A stretch of 47,680 bases of DNA, taken from the NCBI GenBank assembly GCA_039182715.1, contig JBCDBY010000002.1, positions 1 to 47,680 of the forward strand, read 5' to 3'. This DNA is from Planctomycetota bacterium (GTDB lineage: Bacteria; Planctomycetota; PLA2). Below, piece by piece: positions 24,942-35,007 of the stretch; within the stretch, counting starts at the first letter, position 1; each line of letters opens with the position of its first letter. Under the pieces are notes generated by a model. That model did no database searches. It was given only the letters and a program-made list of their open reading frames with translations, and had not been told where the DNA came from. The translations under genes were made by a program, and so were the position numbers.

Positions 24942-27404
24942 TCACGGCCGGTCGGGAAGCGTCTCCGTCAGGCCCAGCTCCGCGCGCACCAGCTCGCGCG
25001 CGGTCGACCGTGCGCTCATGATCGGCTCCGCGGCGGCGCGCTCGCCCCAGAGGATCTCGAGGCTCGCCGCCCAGGATCGGTGCCGCGCCGTTTCCAGGCC
25101 GCGAGCGACCATCGCGCGCCGCCCCTCCTCGTCGCGATAGATCCTCTCCATGGCGTCCGCGAACGCCTCGGCGCCGGACCGATCCACCACGATGCCCGAC
25201 TCGCGCTCCTGGACGATGCCGCGCGGCCCGCCGGAGCCGGTCACCACGGCGGGGAGCCCGCAGGCGTGCGCCTCGATGATCACGTTGCCCAACGTGTCCG
25301 TGCGCGACGGGAAGACGAACAGATCCGACGAAGCGTACGCTTCGGCCAGCTCGAAGCCGCGCAGGTAGCCGGTGAAGTGCAGGCCGGGCGTCTTGTACTG
25401 CCTCGCCCACGCGGCGCGGCTCGGTCCGTCGCCGACGATCGCCAGGTTCGCCTTCACGCCGCGCTGGTGCAGCAGCTCGAATGCGTCGAGCAGGACCGGC
25501 AGCCCCTTCTCGCGGCTCACGCGGCCGACATAGAGGAAGGTGAACGGGTCGTCGAGTCCGCGCGAGGACCAGAAGTCCGGGCGGCGGCGGCCGGTGTGGA
25601 AGAGCGTCGGGTCGATGCCCGCCGGCAGCACCTTGAGCTTGCGCGCCGCGTAGCCGCGCGTGAGCAGCTGGCGCCGCGAGTGCTCGCTCCGCACGAAGAC
25701 CGTGTCGAGCTGCTTGTAGAACCAGTCCACGTAGCGCTGTGTCGCGGCGGCGACCGCGGTGTCCTCGGTGAGGCGCGCCACGTAGGCGGGGAAGTCGGTG
25801 TGGTAGATGCCGCAGGTCTTGATGCCGGTGGTGTGCGCGGCGGCGAGACCGGTGAGGCCGAGCGGGCCCGGCGTCGAGAGGATCAGCTCCTCGATGTCCT
25901 CGCGCTCGACGTACTCCATGATCTCGAGGAAGGGCGGGAAGGCGAGCGTCTGGTCCTCGTACTCCGGCATCGGGAAGGTGCCGACCGGCGGGAAGTTGAC
26001 CACGCCGTCTTCGCTCGGGTTTTCGGGCAGCGAGGTGATCACGCGCATCGGCAGGCCCGCGTCGCGCGCCTCGTTCGTGAGGCGGCGAATCGTGCGGGCG
26101 ACGCCGTTGACGTCGGTGAACGTGTCGGTCAGCCACGCCTTGCCGCCCTTGCGTGCGGTCGCGCCGCCGATCGCCGGGTAGCGCTCCTCCAGCTCGCGCA
26201 GCAGCGGTTCGTCCTTGTGGTGCGCGTTGAAGGAGGCGAAGTAGGGCGCGATCGAGAGCCCGACCGGCGCCATCGAGGCGATCGTCTGCAGGCTGTCGAT
26301 CAGACGGCCCTCCGTCGCGTAGCGCTGGAAGCGGCGCATGCTCTCGTAGCCGAGCAGGTGGGTGATGCGGCAGGCGATCTCGAAGGTGCGACGGTCCCCG
26401 CGCGCGTCGTGGCCCTTGTCCTCGCCGAACAGGTTCTCGAGCTCGCGCAGCAGGACCTGGTCGGCGCGCCGGCGGCGCAGCATGCGACCGGCCCAGAGCT
26501 TCAGGCGCAGTTTCAGCGACGCGGGCCGGGTCGGCGCGCCCGCGAGCCGCGCGAACATGGCGCTCAACACGCCGGAGCCGCCCTGGAAGCGCGCCGCGTA
26601 GTAGCTGTAGGCGATCGAGCAGAGGCTGCGCGCGAGCTGCAGGCTGCTGCCGCGCGTGCCCGCCATGGCGTGGCGGCCGGCGCGCAGGTGGTCGAGGAAC
26701 TCGTCGACCGTCTCGGCCGGCGGGGTGACCGTATGCGCCGAGGCGACGTAGAGGCCGCTGTGGTCGTCGCTGCCGCCGGTGAGCGACTTCTCCCAGGGTC
26801 TCTCACCGACCGGGGCGATGCCGTGATCCTCGGCGAGGCGCCCGATGTCCTGCTCGGTGAGCTGGTCGAGCAGCGCCTCGAAGACCGCACCGTTGCGGCG
26901 GCCGTGCATGCCGTTGATCCCCTCGAACGTGTTGAAGAGCAGCAGCAGCTTCTCGACGTGGTCGGCCGTGAGCAGATCGTTGACGCGGTAGAGCGGGTGC
27001 GCGACCGACGTCGGGATGTCGTTCTCGATGACGTAGCGGCGGAATTCGTAGATGTCCGAGCGCACCTCCTGGATGTCCCGGAACTGCGCCTCGGTAATGC
27101 CGTTCACGAGGATGTGCACCTTCGCACCGTCCTCGGGGAAGTAGGTGGTCACCTCGTTGGAAATGAAGGTGTCCGGAAGGTGGGCGATCTCCAGCGCGCC
27201 GTCGATGCGGTTGTGGTCGGATATCGTGACGAAGCGCATGCCGCGCTCCTTCGCGGCCCGGTACAGATCCAGCGGCTCGACGAACGACTCCGGCGCCCCG
27301 ATGCGCCGCAGCCACCACTCGCTGGGACGATCCGAGTACTTGGTGTGGATGTGCAGGTCCGCGCGCGCGGGTCCACCTTCGTTGGGAGAGATCATGCCCT
27401 TCAT
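24942..27404 (-). CDS. PHP-domain / GT4 glycosyltransferase fusion
   Basis: DLHIHTKYS, TISDHN, AHP, GGSDDH, then TDTFTDVNGVA, YHTDFP, YVGRVSREKG, FPSRTDTLGNVIIEA. Confidence 0.9.
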   Translation of the reverse strand: MKGMISPNEGGPARADLHIHTKYSDRPSEWWLRRIGAPESFVEPLDLYRAAKERGMRFVTISDHNRIDGALEIAHLPDTFISNEVTTYFPEDGAKVHILVNGITEAQFRDIQEVRSDIYEFRRYVIENDIPTSVAHPLYRVNDLLTADHVEKLLLLFNTFEGINGMHGRRNGAVFEALLDQLTEQDIGRLAEDHGIAPVGERPWEKSLTGGSDDHSGLYVASAHTVTPPAETVDEFLDHLRAGRHAMAGTRGSSLQLARSLCSIAYSYYAARFQGGSGVLSAMFARLAGAPTRPASLKLRLKLWAGRMLRRRRADQVLLRELENLFGEDKGHDARGDRRTFEIACRITHLLGYESMRRFQRYATEGRLIDSLQTIASMAPVGLSIAPYFASFNAHHKDEPLLRELEERYPAIGGATARKGGKAWLTDTFTDVNGVARTIRRLTNEARDAGLPMRVITSLPENPSEDGVVNFPPVGTFPMPEYEDQTLAFPPFLEIMEYVEREDIEELILSTPGPLGLTGLAAAHTTGIKTCGIYHTDFPAYVARLTEDTAVAAATQRYVDWFYKQLDTVFVRSEHSRRQLLTRGYAARKLKVLPAGIDPTLFHTGRRRPDFWSSRGLDDPFTFLYVGRVSREKGLPVLLDAFELLHQRGVKANLAIVGDGPSRAAWARQYKTPGLHFTGYLRGFELAEAYASSDLFVFPSRTDTLGNVIIEAHACGLPAVVTGSGGPRGIVQERESGIVVDRSGAEAFADAMERIYRDEEGRRAMVARGLETARHRSWAASLEILWGERAAAEPIMSARSTARELVRAELGLTETLPDRP

Positions 27405-27549
27405 CTCGGTGACAAAGGTGTGGTGAAGAGCAGCCGCGCGTGAATTCCCGGTATAACCGCGTGCTCGTCGCGTCGATGCCCCGCGCCGTGCGGGATTCCA
27501 CGCGATGACGATCGCGTAAGCGAACGATGAAGAGTGGGCGAAGGCGGAC

Positions 27550-28179
27550 TTGCCATTGGATGCGCTGACGGTTCTCCATCAGGACGACGAGTGCGTCGCC
27601 GTCGACAAGCCGCCCGGGCTTCTGGTGCACCGCACGCACCAGGCCCCGGACCGCGTCGTCGTGCTTCAGATGCTCCGCGACCAGATCGGCCGCCACATCT
27701 ATCCGGTGCATCGGCTCGACCGGCCCGCTTCGGGCGTGCTCGTCTTCGGGCTCTCCCCGGAAGGGGCTCGCCGCGTCCAGGAGCAGCTCGCCGTCGCGAA
27801 CAAGGAGTACCTCGTCTTCGTGCGCGGCGAGACGCCGGTCGCGTTCGAGAGCGATCGCCCGCTCAAGAGCGAGCGCGGCGTGCCGCAGGAGGCCTACAGC
27901 GAGTTTCGGCGACTCGCGGTGGTGCGCGGGTTCTCGCTGCTGCGCGTGCGCATCCGGACGGGCCGCCGCCACCAGATCCGACGCCATCTCTCCCACCTCG
28001 GCCACCAGATCGTCGGCGACTCGCAGCACGGCAAGGGCCGCATCAACCGCTGGCTTCGGGACGACTACGGGCTGCCCCGGATGTTTCTCCACGCGCGTCG
28101 GCTGACGTTGGGTGAACTCACCCTGCGCGCGAGGTTTCCTGACGACCTGCGGTCGTTTCTGCGACGATTCCGCGCGTGA
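27550..28179 (+). CDS. RluA-family pseudouridine synthase (TruC-like)
   Basis: DKPPGLLVH, HRLDRPASG, TGRRHQIRRHL, GDSQHG, LHA. Confidence 0.92.
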   Translation: MPLDALTVLHQDDECVAVDKPPGLLVHRTHQAPDRVVVLQMLRDQIGRHIYPVHRLDRPASGVLVFGLSPEGARRVQEQLAVANKEYLVFVRGETPVAFESDRPLKSERGVPQEAYSEFRRLAVVRGFSLLRVRIRTGRRHQIRRHLSHLGHQIVGDSQHGKGRINRWLRDDYGLPRMFLHARRLTLGELTLRARFPDDLRSFLRRFRA

Positions 28180-28931
28180 TCGTTCTGCTGCTTGCCCTCT
28201 TGCCGATGGCCGAGACGCGCGAGGAGGCGGTCGAAGCGGTCGCGCAGGAGGGCGCGCCCCGGGACTGGGACGTCGGCCTGACGATCTACGGCTGGCTCAT
28301 CGGGTTCGACGTGGAGGTCGACGGCGAGCGCATCCAGGCCGACTTCGGCGACGTGCTCGAGTACGTGAACGCCGGCGGCATGTTTCGCCTCACCGGTCGC
28401 TGGAAGCGCTGGACCGGGTATGTCGACTACCTCTTCGCCGACCTCGGCGACTCCGGCGCGATCGGGCCGGGCAGCGGCCGCATCGACATCGATCAACACA
28501 ACATCGACTTCCGCATCGGGTACATCGTGTACCGGGACGAAGGGGCGCCGGGCGTCGACGTCATCGTCGAAGCGGGTGGGCGATGGTGGTACACGAAGAC
28601 CGCGGTGACCATCGAGTTCCCGCCGCTGCTGCCCGGGCGGCCCGGCATCCGCGAGGAGTTCCGCGACACGAGCCAGTGGTTCGACCTGCTCGTCGGCGTG
28701 CGCGTGCGATGGCGACTGGCGGAGTGGCTGGTCTTCAGCGCGCACGCCAACGTCGGCGGGTTCGGGCTCGGGGAGTCGTCCGACTACGCCTGGGACGTGG
28801 GCTTCGTCTTCAATATCCGGCTGGCCCGGTACCTGTCGCTTCCGATCGGATACCGCGCGCTGCAGTACGAGCGCAACGAGATCAAGAACACCCTGCAGGG
28901 CCCGATCATCGGGATCTCGATCGTCTTCTGA
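28176..28931 (+). CDS. Putative outer-membrane beta-barrel protein
   Basis: Short signal, alternating strands, GGFGLG, GYRAL, QGPIIGISIVF ending in Phe. Confidence 0.75.
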   Translation: MIVLLLALLPMAETREEAVEAVAQEGAPRDWDVGLTIYGWLIGFDVEVDGERIQADFGDVLEYVNAGGMFRLTGRWKRWTGYVDYLFADLGDSGAIGPGSGRIDIDQHNIDFRIGYIVYRDEGAPGVDVIVEAGGRWWYTKTAVTIEFPPLLPGRPGIREEFRDTSQWFDLLVGVRVRWRLAEWLVFSAHANVGGFGLGESSDYAWDVGFVFNIRLARYLSLPIGYRALQYERNEIKNTLQGPIIGISIVF

Positions 28932-30833
28932 CTACTTCCGGTCGCGCACCGCGTCCGGCTTCTCCAGCCGCGGATGGTTCCGGTCGAACTCCTCGAGGTG
29001 CAGCAGCAGGATTCGCTCGGTCTCCCGCGCCGCGGCGGGCGTGTGCTGCACGCTGTGGCCCGACTTGAAGATCACCTCGGAGGCGGCGCCGGGGACGTGC
29101 GAGCTGCGATACGGCACGAAGCCGTCGGTCCCGTCCTTGAGCCCCGGTCCGCGCTGGTCGCCCATGATCGAGTGGAACGTCACGCCCTCGACGATCGGCA
29201 GATCCGCCATCGCGATCAGCAGCTTGTTGTCCTCCTGCAGCGCCTGCACGCTGGTGAGCTGCTTGAGCTTGCGGAACTCCGGCTTGGCTTGCCGGCGAAT
29301 GCGCACTTCCTGGCCGGTCATGCGCGACGGGAGCTTCAGCAGCCCCGACGCCCACTGCGCGATGCCGAGCTTCGCCTGCGGTGATCCGCGGTGCGGCGTC
29401 GCATAGAAAATGACGCGGCTTGCGAACGGCACCGGCTCGAACATGAGCGCCGCGCGCAGCTCCTGCTTGTCCTCCTCCGGCAGGTCAAGCTCCTCCAGCG
29501 GCTTGTCGAACGCGACGTCGTAGATCTTCGTGCCCGGGTCGACCACCAGCGAACGCGTGAGGATGCCGCCCATGGAGTGGCCACAGATCACCGTGTTGCG
29601 GTCGATCTTGTCGTTCTTGTTGGGGTCCAGCAGGTCGTAGGCCTGCGTCAGCGCGTCGCGGAGCTGCGCGGCCGAGTAGAAGACCGGCTGCGCGGTGGGA
29701 TAGAACCAGAACGCGAACTGGTAGCGCGTCCGGATCGTCTCGTTCTCCATCAGGTCGGTGTAGAGCGGAAGCCACGTGAGCGGGTCCGACGCGAGACCGT
29801 GGACCATCAGGATCATGATCTTGTCGGGATCGTAGGGCTGGAACATGTAGAGCCCACCGCGGTCCTGGAACTCATCGCCGCGGAAGAGCGCGCGAATGCC
29901 GATGTCCTGCTCCTTGCCGGTCAGGACGGCCGCAATGGGCGTGACGTAGTCGATCTCCAGCGGCACGCGCACGCCCTCGATCTCGACCGCGACCGTCTTC
30001 GTCGGGTCGAGGATCTCGATGATCATGTCGGGCTGTTCCTCGTCGAGGACCGAAGTCCCGTCCGGGAAGCGCACGATGGTCGTCGCCGGGAACGCCAGGT
30101 CGGGCGGCAGGTAGCGGAACTTGTTCGCGTCCATGCCCTCGAGGGCGGCCTGCCGGTTCCAGGACCGGCGCAGGATGCAGGGCACGCCGAAGCCGCGCCG
30201 GTTGTCCGGCGGCGGGAGCCCTTCGACGACGAAGTCGTACGCGACGCTCAGGTCGTCGAACTCGTCGATGCCCCACTGCATCTCGTTGAGCCCGATCTTG
30301 AGGCCCGACTCCCCGCCGTACCACTTCACGACCCGGCTGTTGATCTCCCTTTCGCTGTCGACCCTCGAGACGCGCACCAGATCCGCGAGCGCGGTGGTGT
30401 AGAGGTCGTTCGCCCAGCGGAACTGGGCGTCGAACGCCTGCGGCCGCGGCTCCAGCTTGGGATCGAACAGATAGGCGTAGCTGTAGCGGATCGTCGTGTT
30501 CAGCGCCATGCGCTCGACTTCGGTCCACTTGCGCGATTGCAGATAGGCGAGCTCCGCGATGGCGACCGCGAGACTGCGGTCCCGCGTCTCCTTCATCTCC
30601 GCCTCGAGGATCTTCATCGCCCCGATCGGGTCATTCCTGTACGTCTCGAGCAGGGAGCGCCGGCGCAGGATGTTGCGCGTGACCTCGCTGACGTCGGGGG
30701 TCGTGAGGATGCTCCGGCGCGATCGCTCCAGCCAGGTTTCCTTGTCCTGCTTGATGACGCCGATCGTCGAGCATCCGGCGAGCAGGACGAGCAGCCAGAC
30801 GGACGGGAATAGGCGGCGCGCCACGGCGTTCAT
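28932..30833 (-). CDS. Lipoprotein alpha/beta hydrolase (esterase/lipase), paralog 2
   Basis: Lipobox LAGC, MVHGLASDP, GHSMGG, ATPHRGS, DGFVPY, SGHSVQ. Confidence 0.9.
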   Translation of the reverse strand: MNAVARRLFPSVWLLVLLAGCSTIGVIKQDKETWLERSRRSILTTPDVSEVTRNILRRRSLLETYRNDPIGAMKILEAEMKETRDRSLAVAIAELAYLQSRKWTEVERMALNTTIRYSYAYLFDPKLEPRPQAFDAQFRWANDLYTTALADLVRVSRVDSEREINSRVVKWYGGESGLKIGLNEMQWGIDEFDDLSVAYDFVVEGLPPPDNRRGFGVPCILRRSWNRQAALEGMDANKFRYLPPDLAFPATTIVRFPDGTSVLDEEQPDMIIEILDPTKTVAVEIEGVRVPLEIDYVTPIAAVLTGKEQDIGIRALFRGDEFQDRGGLYMFQPYDPDKIMILMVHGLASDPLTWLPLYTDLMENETIRTRYQFAFWFYPTAQPVFYSAAQLRDALTQAYDLLDPNKNDKIDRNTVICGHSMGGILTRSLVVDPGTKIYDVAFDKPLEELDLPEEDKQELRAALMFEPVPFASRVIFYATPHRGSPQAKLGIAQWASGLLKLPSRMTGQEVRIRRQAKPEFRKLKQLTSVQALQEDNKLLIAMADLPIVEGVTFHSIMGDQRGPGLKDGTDGFVPYRSSHVPGAASEVIFKSGHSVQHTPAAARETERILLLHLEEFDRNHPRLEKPDAVRDRK

Positions 30834-30850
30834 GGCGCCATGGTACCGAC

Positions 30851-32701
30851 TTACTTCTTCGCCTGCGCAGCGTCGAATGCCGCGATGTGCTCGAGCAGGA
30901 TGCGGCGCGTTTCGCGGGCCGCCTTCGGCGTGTGTTGCACGCTGTGGCCCGACTGCAGGACCAGTTCGGTCTTCGCGCCGGGGATGTGCGAACTGGAATA
31001 GGGCACGATGCCGTCCGTCCCGTCGGTGCGGCCCGCGCCGCGCGTGTCGCCGATGATGGAGTGATAAGTCACCGACGGATCGATCGGGATCGTGTTGATC
31101 ACCTGCAGCATCGGGTTGTCCTCGCGCAGCGAGTTGACGCTGGTGAGTCGCGGGACGTTGCGAAACTCGGGGCGCAGGGCGGAGCGGACGCGGCGCGCCG
31201 TTCCGCTGAATCGCTGCGGGACCTTGGTGAGGCTGTCCATGAACCGGCCGAGCCCCTTGCTCGCGCCCGGGGACCCGCCGTGTGGCGTGGCGTAGAAGAT
31301 CACACGGCGGATGCCCGGCATGCGCTCGAAGATGAGCGCGTCCCGGACCAGCTGGAGGTCGGCGGGCTTCAGAGGAGACTTCTCGGGGGGGTGATCGAAC
31401 GCGAGATCCCAAAGCTTCATGCCGGATTCGATCACCAGCATGCGAGCGAGCAGGCCGCCCATAGAGTGGCCGCAGACGACCCCATACTGGTCGGCGGGGT
31501 CCGCGTCGTTCGGGTCGACGAGCTCCATCGCACCGCGGATCGCCTCCCGCAACTGCATGGCCGACGCGGGCACCGGCTGTCCGGTGGGATAGAGCCAGAA
31601 GGCGAACTGGCAGCGCGTGCGAATCGTCTCGTTGGCCATCAGGTCGGTGTAGAGCGGCAGCCAGGTCAGCGGGTCCGACGCGAGACCGTGCACCATCAGC
31701 ACCGGAATCTTGCCGCGGACCCACGGCTGGAACATGTAGAGCCCACCCGTCTGTTCGCTCTCGTCCTGCCGCAGCAGGGCGCGCAGGCCGACCTGCTGCT
31801 GCTGGTTGGCGAACGTCAGCGCGATCGGCGTTACGTAGTCGAGTTCCAGCGGGACGCGAATCCCCTCGATCGTGACGTGGGTCGTGATCGTCGGGTCGTA
31901 GATGTCGATGATCCAGCGCGTCTCTTCCTCGTCGAGCACCGAGGTGCCGTCGGGCAGGCGCGCGACGTAGGTCACGCTGTAGTTCAGATCCTCGAGCAGA
32001 TAGCGCACCGTCGTGCCCTGGCGTCCCTGCAGCGCCGCCTGCCGGTCCCAGCTGCGACGCAGGATGCAGGGCACGCCGAAGCCGCGCCGGTGATCGGGGC
32101 GGGGGAGTCCCTCGACGACGTAGTCGAGCGCGACGTCGAGCTGCGGGAACTGGTCGGGCGCCCAGCGCAGATCGTTCACGCCGGGCTCGATGCGCGCCGT
32201 GCCGCCGTACCACGGGAACCTCTGCTTCCGGATGTCCTCCAGGCGTTGCTGCTTGGAGTCGCGGATGAGGTACGCCAGCGAGGTCGTGTAGAGGTCGAGC
32301 GCCCACCGGAACTGCGCGTCGAACGGACTCGGCGCCGGCTCGAGCTTCGGATCGAAGAGGTAGGCGTAGCTGTAGCGGACGACCGTCATGACCGCGCGGC
32401 GATCGAGCGTCGTCCACTTGCGCGCCTGGAGTGCCGCCACCTCCGCGATGGCCGCAGCGAGGTCGCGCGCCCGCGTCTCGTACATCTCCTCGCGGAGCAC
32501 GGCGAGGACGCCGACAGGGTCGTCCCGATACCGCTCGTGCAGCCCGCGGCGGCGCAGCATGTTGTAGGTGACGTCGCTGACGTCGACATCGGTGAGGATG
32601 CTGCGCTTGGCCTGCTTGATCCACTCTTCCTGATTCTGCTCCGTGACGTCGATGGTCTTGCAGGCGACGAGCAGGAGGACGATCGTGAGGGCGACTCTCA
32701 T
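30851..32701 (-). CDS. Lipoprotein alpha/beta hydrolase (esterase/lipase), paralog 1
   Basis: Lipobox LVAC, MVHGLASDP, GHSMGG, ATPHGGS, DGIVPY, SGHSVQ; ATGA overlap with the CoA ligase. Confidence 0.9.
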   Translation of the reverse strand: MRVALTIVLLLVACKTIDVTEQNQEEWIKQAKRSILTDVDVSDVTYNMLRRRGLHERYRDDPVGVLAVLREEMYETRARDLAAAIAEVAALQARKWTTLDRRAVMTVVRYSYAYLFDPKLEPAPSPFDAQFRWALDLYTTSLAYLIRDSKQQRLEDIRKQRFPWYGGTARIEPGVNDLRWAPDQFPQLDVALDYVVEGLPRPDHRRGFGVPCILRRSWDRQAALQGRQGTTVRYLLEDLNYSVTYVARLPDGTSVLDEEETRWIIDIYDPTITTHVTIEGIRVPLELDYVTPIALTFANQQQQVGLRALLRQDESEQTGGLYMFQPWVRGKIPVLMVHGLASDPLTWLPLYTDLMANETIRTRCQFAFWLYPTGQPVPASAMQLREAIRGAMELVDPNDADPADQYGVVCGHSMGGLLARMLVIESGMKLWDLAFDHPPEKSPLKPADLQLVRDALIFERMPGIRRVIFYATPHGGSPGASKGLGRFMDSLTKVPQRFSGTARRVRSALRPEFRNVPRLTSVNSLREDNPMLQVINTIPIDPSVTYHSIIGDTRGAGRTDGTDGIVPYSSSHIPGAKTELVLQSGHSVQHTPKAARETRRILLEHIAAFDAAQAKK

Positions 32702-34227
32702 CCGCGCAGCTTGAACCGTTGGATCTTCCCCGTGGCGGTCTTCGGCAGCTCCTCGACGAACTCGACCCAGCGCGGGCGCTTGTAGCTCGCCATCGCATCG
32801 GAGCAGTGCGCGATGAGCGCCTTGGCCTGCGTCTCGGATTCCTCGAACGCCTCGTGCAGCTTCACGAACGCGAGCGGCTTGACGAGGCCGTCCTGGTCCT
32901 CCTGGCCGACCACGGCGCACTCCATGACCGACTCGTGGCCGAGCAGCGTGCTCTCCACCTCGACCGGCGAGACCCAGATGCCGCCGACCTTGAGCATGTC
33001 GTCGCTGCGGCCGCTGTGCCAGTAGTAGCCGTCCTCGTCCATGCGGTACTTGTCGCCGGTCACCAGCCACTCGCCGCGAAACGTCGTGCGCGTCTTGTCG
33101 TACTGGTGCAGGTAGCCGAGTGACGCGGTCTCGCTCTTGACCCAGAGGTTGCCGACCTCGCCGGCGGGGACGTCCTGCCCGTCGTCGTCGACGAGGCGCA
33201 CCTCGTAGCCCTCGAACGGCTTGCCGCTGCTGCCCGGCCGGATGTCGCCGGGCCGGTTGGAGAGGAAGATGTGGTAGTTCTCCGTCGAGCCGATGCCGTC
33301 CACGATGTCGAGGCCGGTGCGCTCGCGCCAGTGCTCGAAGATCGGGGCCGGCAGCGACTCGCCCGCGCTGACGCAGATGCGCAGCGAGGAGAGGTCGTAC
33401 TTCTCCGTCAGGTCCTCGCGCGCCAGCGCCATCGCGTAGCCGGTCGGCGCGTTGTACAGCACGGTCGGCTTGAAGGTGTCGACGGTACCGAAGACGTTGT
33501 GCACGTCGCGCGGCGAGCCGGCCAGCAGCACGCAGCTCGCGCCCACGTAGAAGGGGAAGATCAGGTTGCCGCCGGTGCCGAAGGTGAAGAAGAGCTTCGC
33601 GCCGGCGAAGGTGCGGTCGTTCTCGGTGAGGCCGAGGACGTTCACACCCCAGAGCTGCGCCGTGAGCGGCAGGTCCTTGTGCGCGTGCGGGATGCCCTTG
33701 GGTTCGCCGGTCGTGCCGCTGGAGTAGTTGAGGCAGCAGATGTCCTCGCGATGGGTGGCGACCGTCTCCAGCTCCGTCGATGCCTTGGCGAGCCAGTCGC
33801 GGTACTCGTCGGAGCCGATCACGAGTACGTGCTCCAGCTCCGGCAGGTCGTCGCGCAGCGCGGCGACGGTCTCCGCGAACATGTCGTGGCACACGAGCAC
33901 CTTGGCGCGGCAGTCGGCCAGCATCAACCGGTACTCGTCCGGCGTCAGCATCGTGTTGAGGCTCAGCGCGACGGCGCCGATCTTGATCGTGCCGAAGTAC
34001 GCGCCGACCCACTCGACCGAATCGAGCGCGAGCAGCGCGACCGTCTCGCCGAACCGGACGCCCAGATCGCGAAACCCGCTGCCGTGGCGATTGATCTCCT
34101 CGCTCAGCGCGCCGAAGGTGATCTCCCGCTCGGCGGAGTAGATCGCCGTCTTGTCCGCGCGCGCCGGAAGGTTGCGCTCGACGATGTCGACGGCGTTGTA
34201 GTGCAGGGGCAGGTCCGCGGCCTTCAT
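32698..34227 (-). CDS. Benzoate-CoA ligase family AMP-dependent ligase
   Basis: YSSGTTGEPKG, AKLFFTFGTG, SAGESLP, DGIGSTE..HIFLSN, GRSDDMLKVGGIWVSPVEVE, LPKTATGKIQRF. Confidence 0.9.
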   Translation of the reverse strand: MKAADLPLHYNAVDIVERNLPARADKTAIYSAEREITFGALSEEINRHGSGFRDLGVRFGETVALLALDSVEWVGAYFGTIKIGAVALSLNTMLTPDEYRLMLADCRAKVLVCHDMFAETVAALRDDLPELEHVLVIGSDEYRDWLAKASTELETVATHREDICCLNYSSGTTGEPKGIPHAHKDLPLTAQLWGVNVLGLTENDRTFAGAKLFFTFGTGGNLIFPFYVGASCVLLAGSPRDVHNVFGTVDTFKPTVLYNAPTGYAMALAREDLTEKYDLSSLRICVSAGESLPAPIFEHWRERTGLDIVDGIGSTENYHIFLSNRPGDIRPGSSGKPFEGYEVRLVDDDGQDVPAGEVGNLWVKSETASLGYLHQYDKTRTTFRGEWLVTGDKYRMDEDGYYWHSGRSDDMLKVGGIWVSPVEVESTLLGHESVMECAVVGQEDQDGLVKPLAFVKLHEAFEESETQAKALIAHCSDAMASYKRPRWVEFVEELPKTATGKIQRFKLRG

Positions 34228-34258
34228 CCCCGACAGATTACGAAGTTCGGGCGATCGG

Positions 34259-34960
34259 TCACAGGGCGGAGGAGAAGACGAGCAGGTAGCCCTCCGGCGT
34301 CTGGACCATGCAGTCTGTCGCCGCGGCGGGCAGCGGCTTCTCGACCGTGCCCCGCTCGTGGAAATCGGCGTAGAGCGCGTGCAGGTCACGCACCAGGAAG
34401 AGGGCGTCGAGGCCGAACGGGTCCTGCTTGTGGCGCGGCAGCTGGGCCACATCCGCTTCGGTCGTTTCGATCAGCAGCGGCATCCCGTCGCGTTCGAGCA
34501 ACACCCCCGGCGGCGGGCCCTCCCGGCGCTTGACGACATGGAAGCCGAGCTTCTCCCGATAGAACGGCAGCGCCTCCTCCAGGTCGCGCACCAGCAGGTT
34601 GGGGCACGGGCCCCACGCCGGGTACTCGCCGATCTCGATGCGGTTGCCGAAGGGGTCCTTGAGGAACAGCCGCCGCACCCCGGGGATCTTGGTGTCGATC
34701 TCGCCGCCGAGCTTTTCATGCACGGCGTCGAAGTCGACCACGCGCAGGCCCGGGTGCGCCTTGCGCGAGGGCTGGAAATCCTTCTGGACGCCGACGTGGA
34801 TCTCGGCGCGTCCGCCGCGGAACCAGCAGCCGCCGCTCTTGGCGAGCTCCGCCGGCTTGGCAACCTCGCGGAGGCCGAGCAGCCCCCCGTAGAAGGCGCG
34901 CGCTTCGTCCTCGCGTCCGGCCGGCATGGCGATCTGGATGTGGTCGAGCCCGTCGATCAT
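34259..34960 (-). CDS. Two-domain VOC/glyoxalase protein
   Basis: [27 protein letters not shown], second domain [13 protein letters not shown]. Confidence 0.85.
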   Translation of the reverse strand: MIDGLDHIQIAMPAGREDEARAFYGGLLGLREVAKPAELAKSGGCWFRGGRAEIHVGVQKDFQPSRKAHPGLRVVDFDAVHEKLGGEIDTKIPGVRRLFLKDPFGNRIEIGEYPAWGPCPNLLVRDLEEALPFYREKLGFHVVKRREGPPPGVLLERDGMPLLIETTEADVAQLPRHKQDPFGLDALFLVRDLHALYADFHERGTVEKPLPAAATDCMVQTPEGYLLVFSSAL

Positions 34961-35007
34961 GGCGGCATCATCGCAAGATTTCCCCTGCGGGGTACGCTCC
35001 CGGATGC

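Noticed and set aside
28932-34012. Apparent 1288-aa and 1053-aa giant proteins
   Set aside because: Their N-terminal halves are off-frame readings of the upstream genes. Real starts with lipoprotein signals are at 30833 and 32701.
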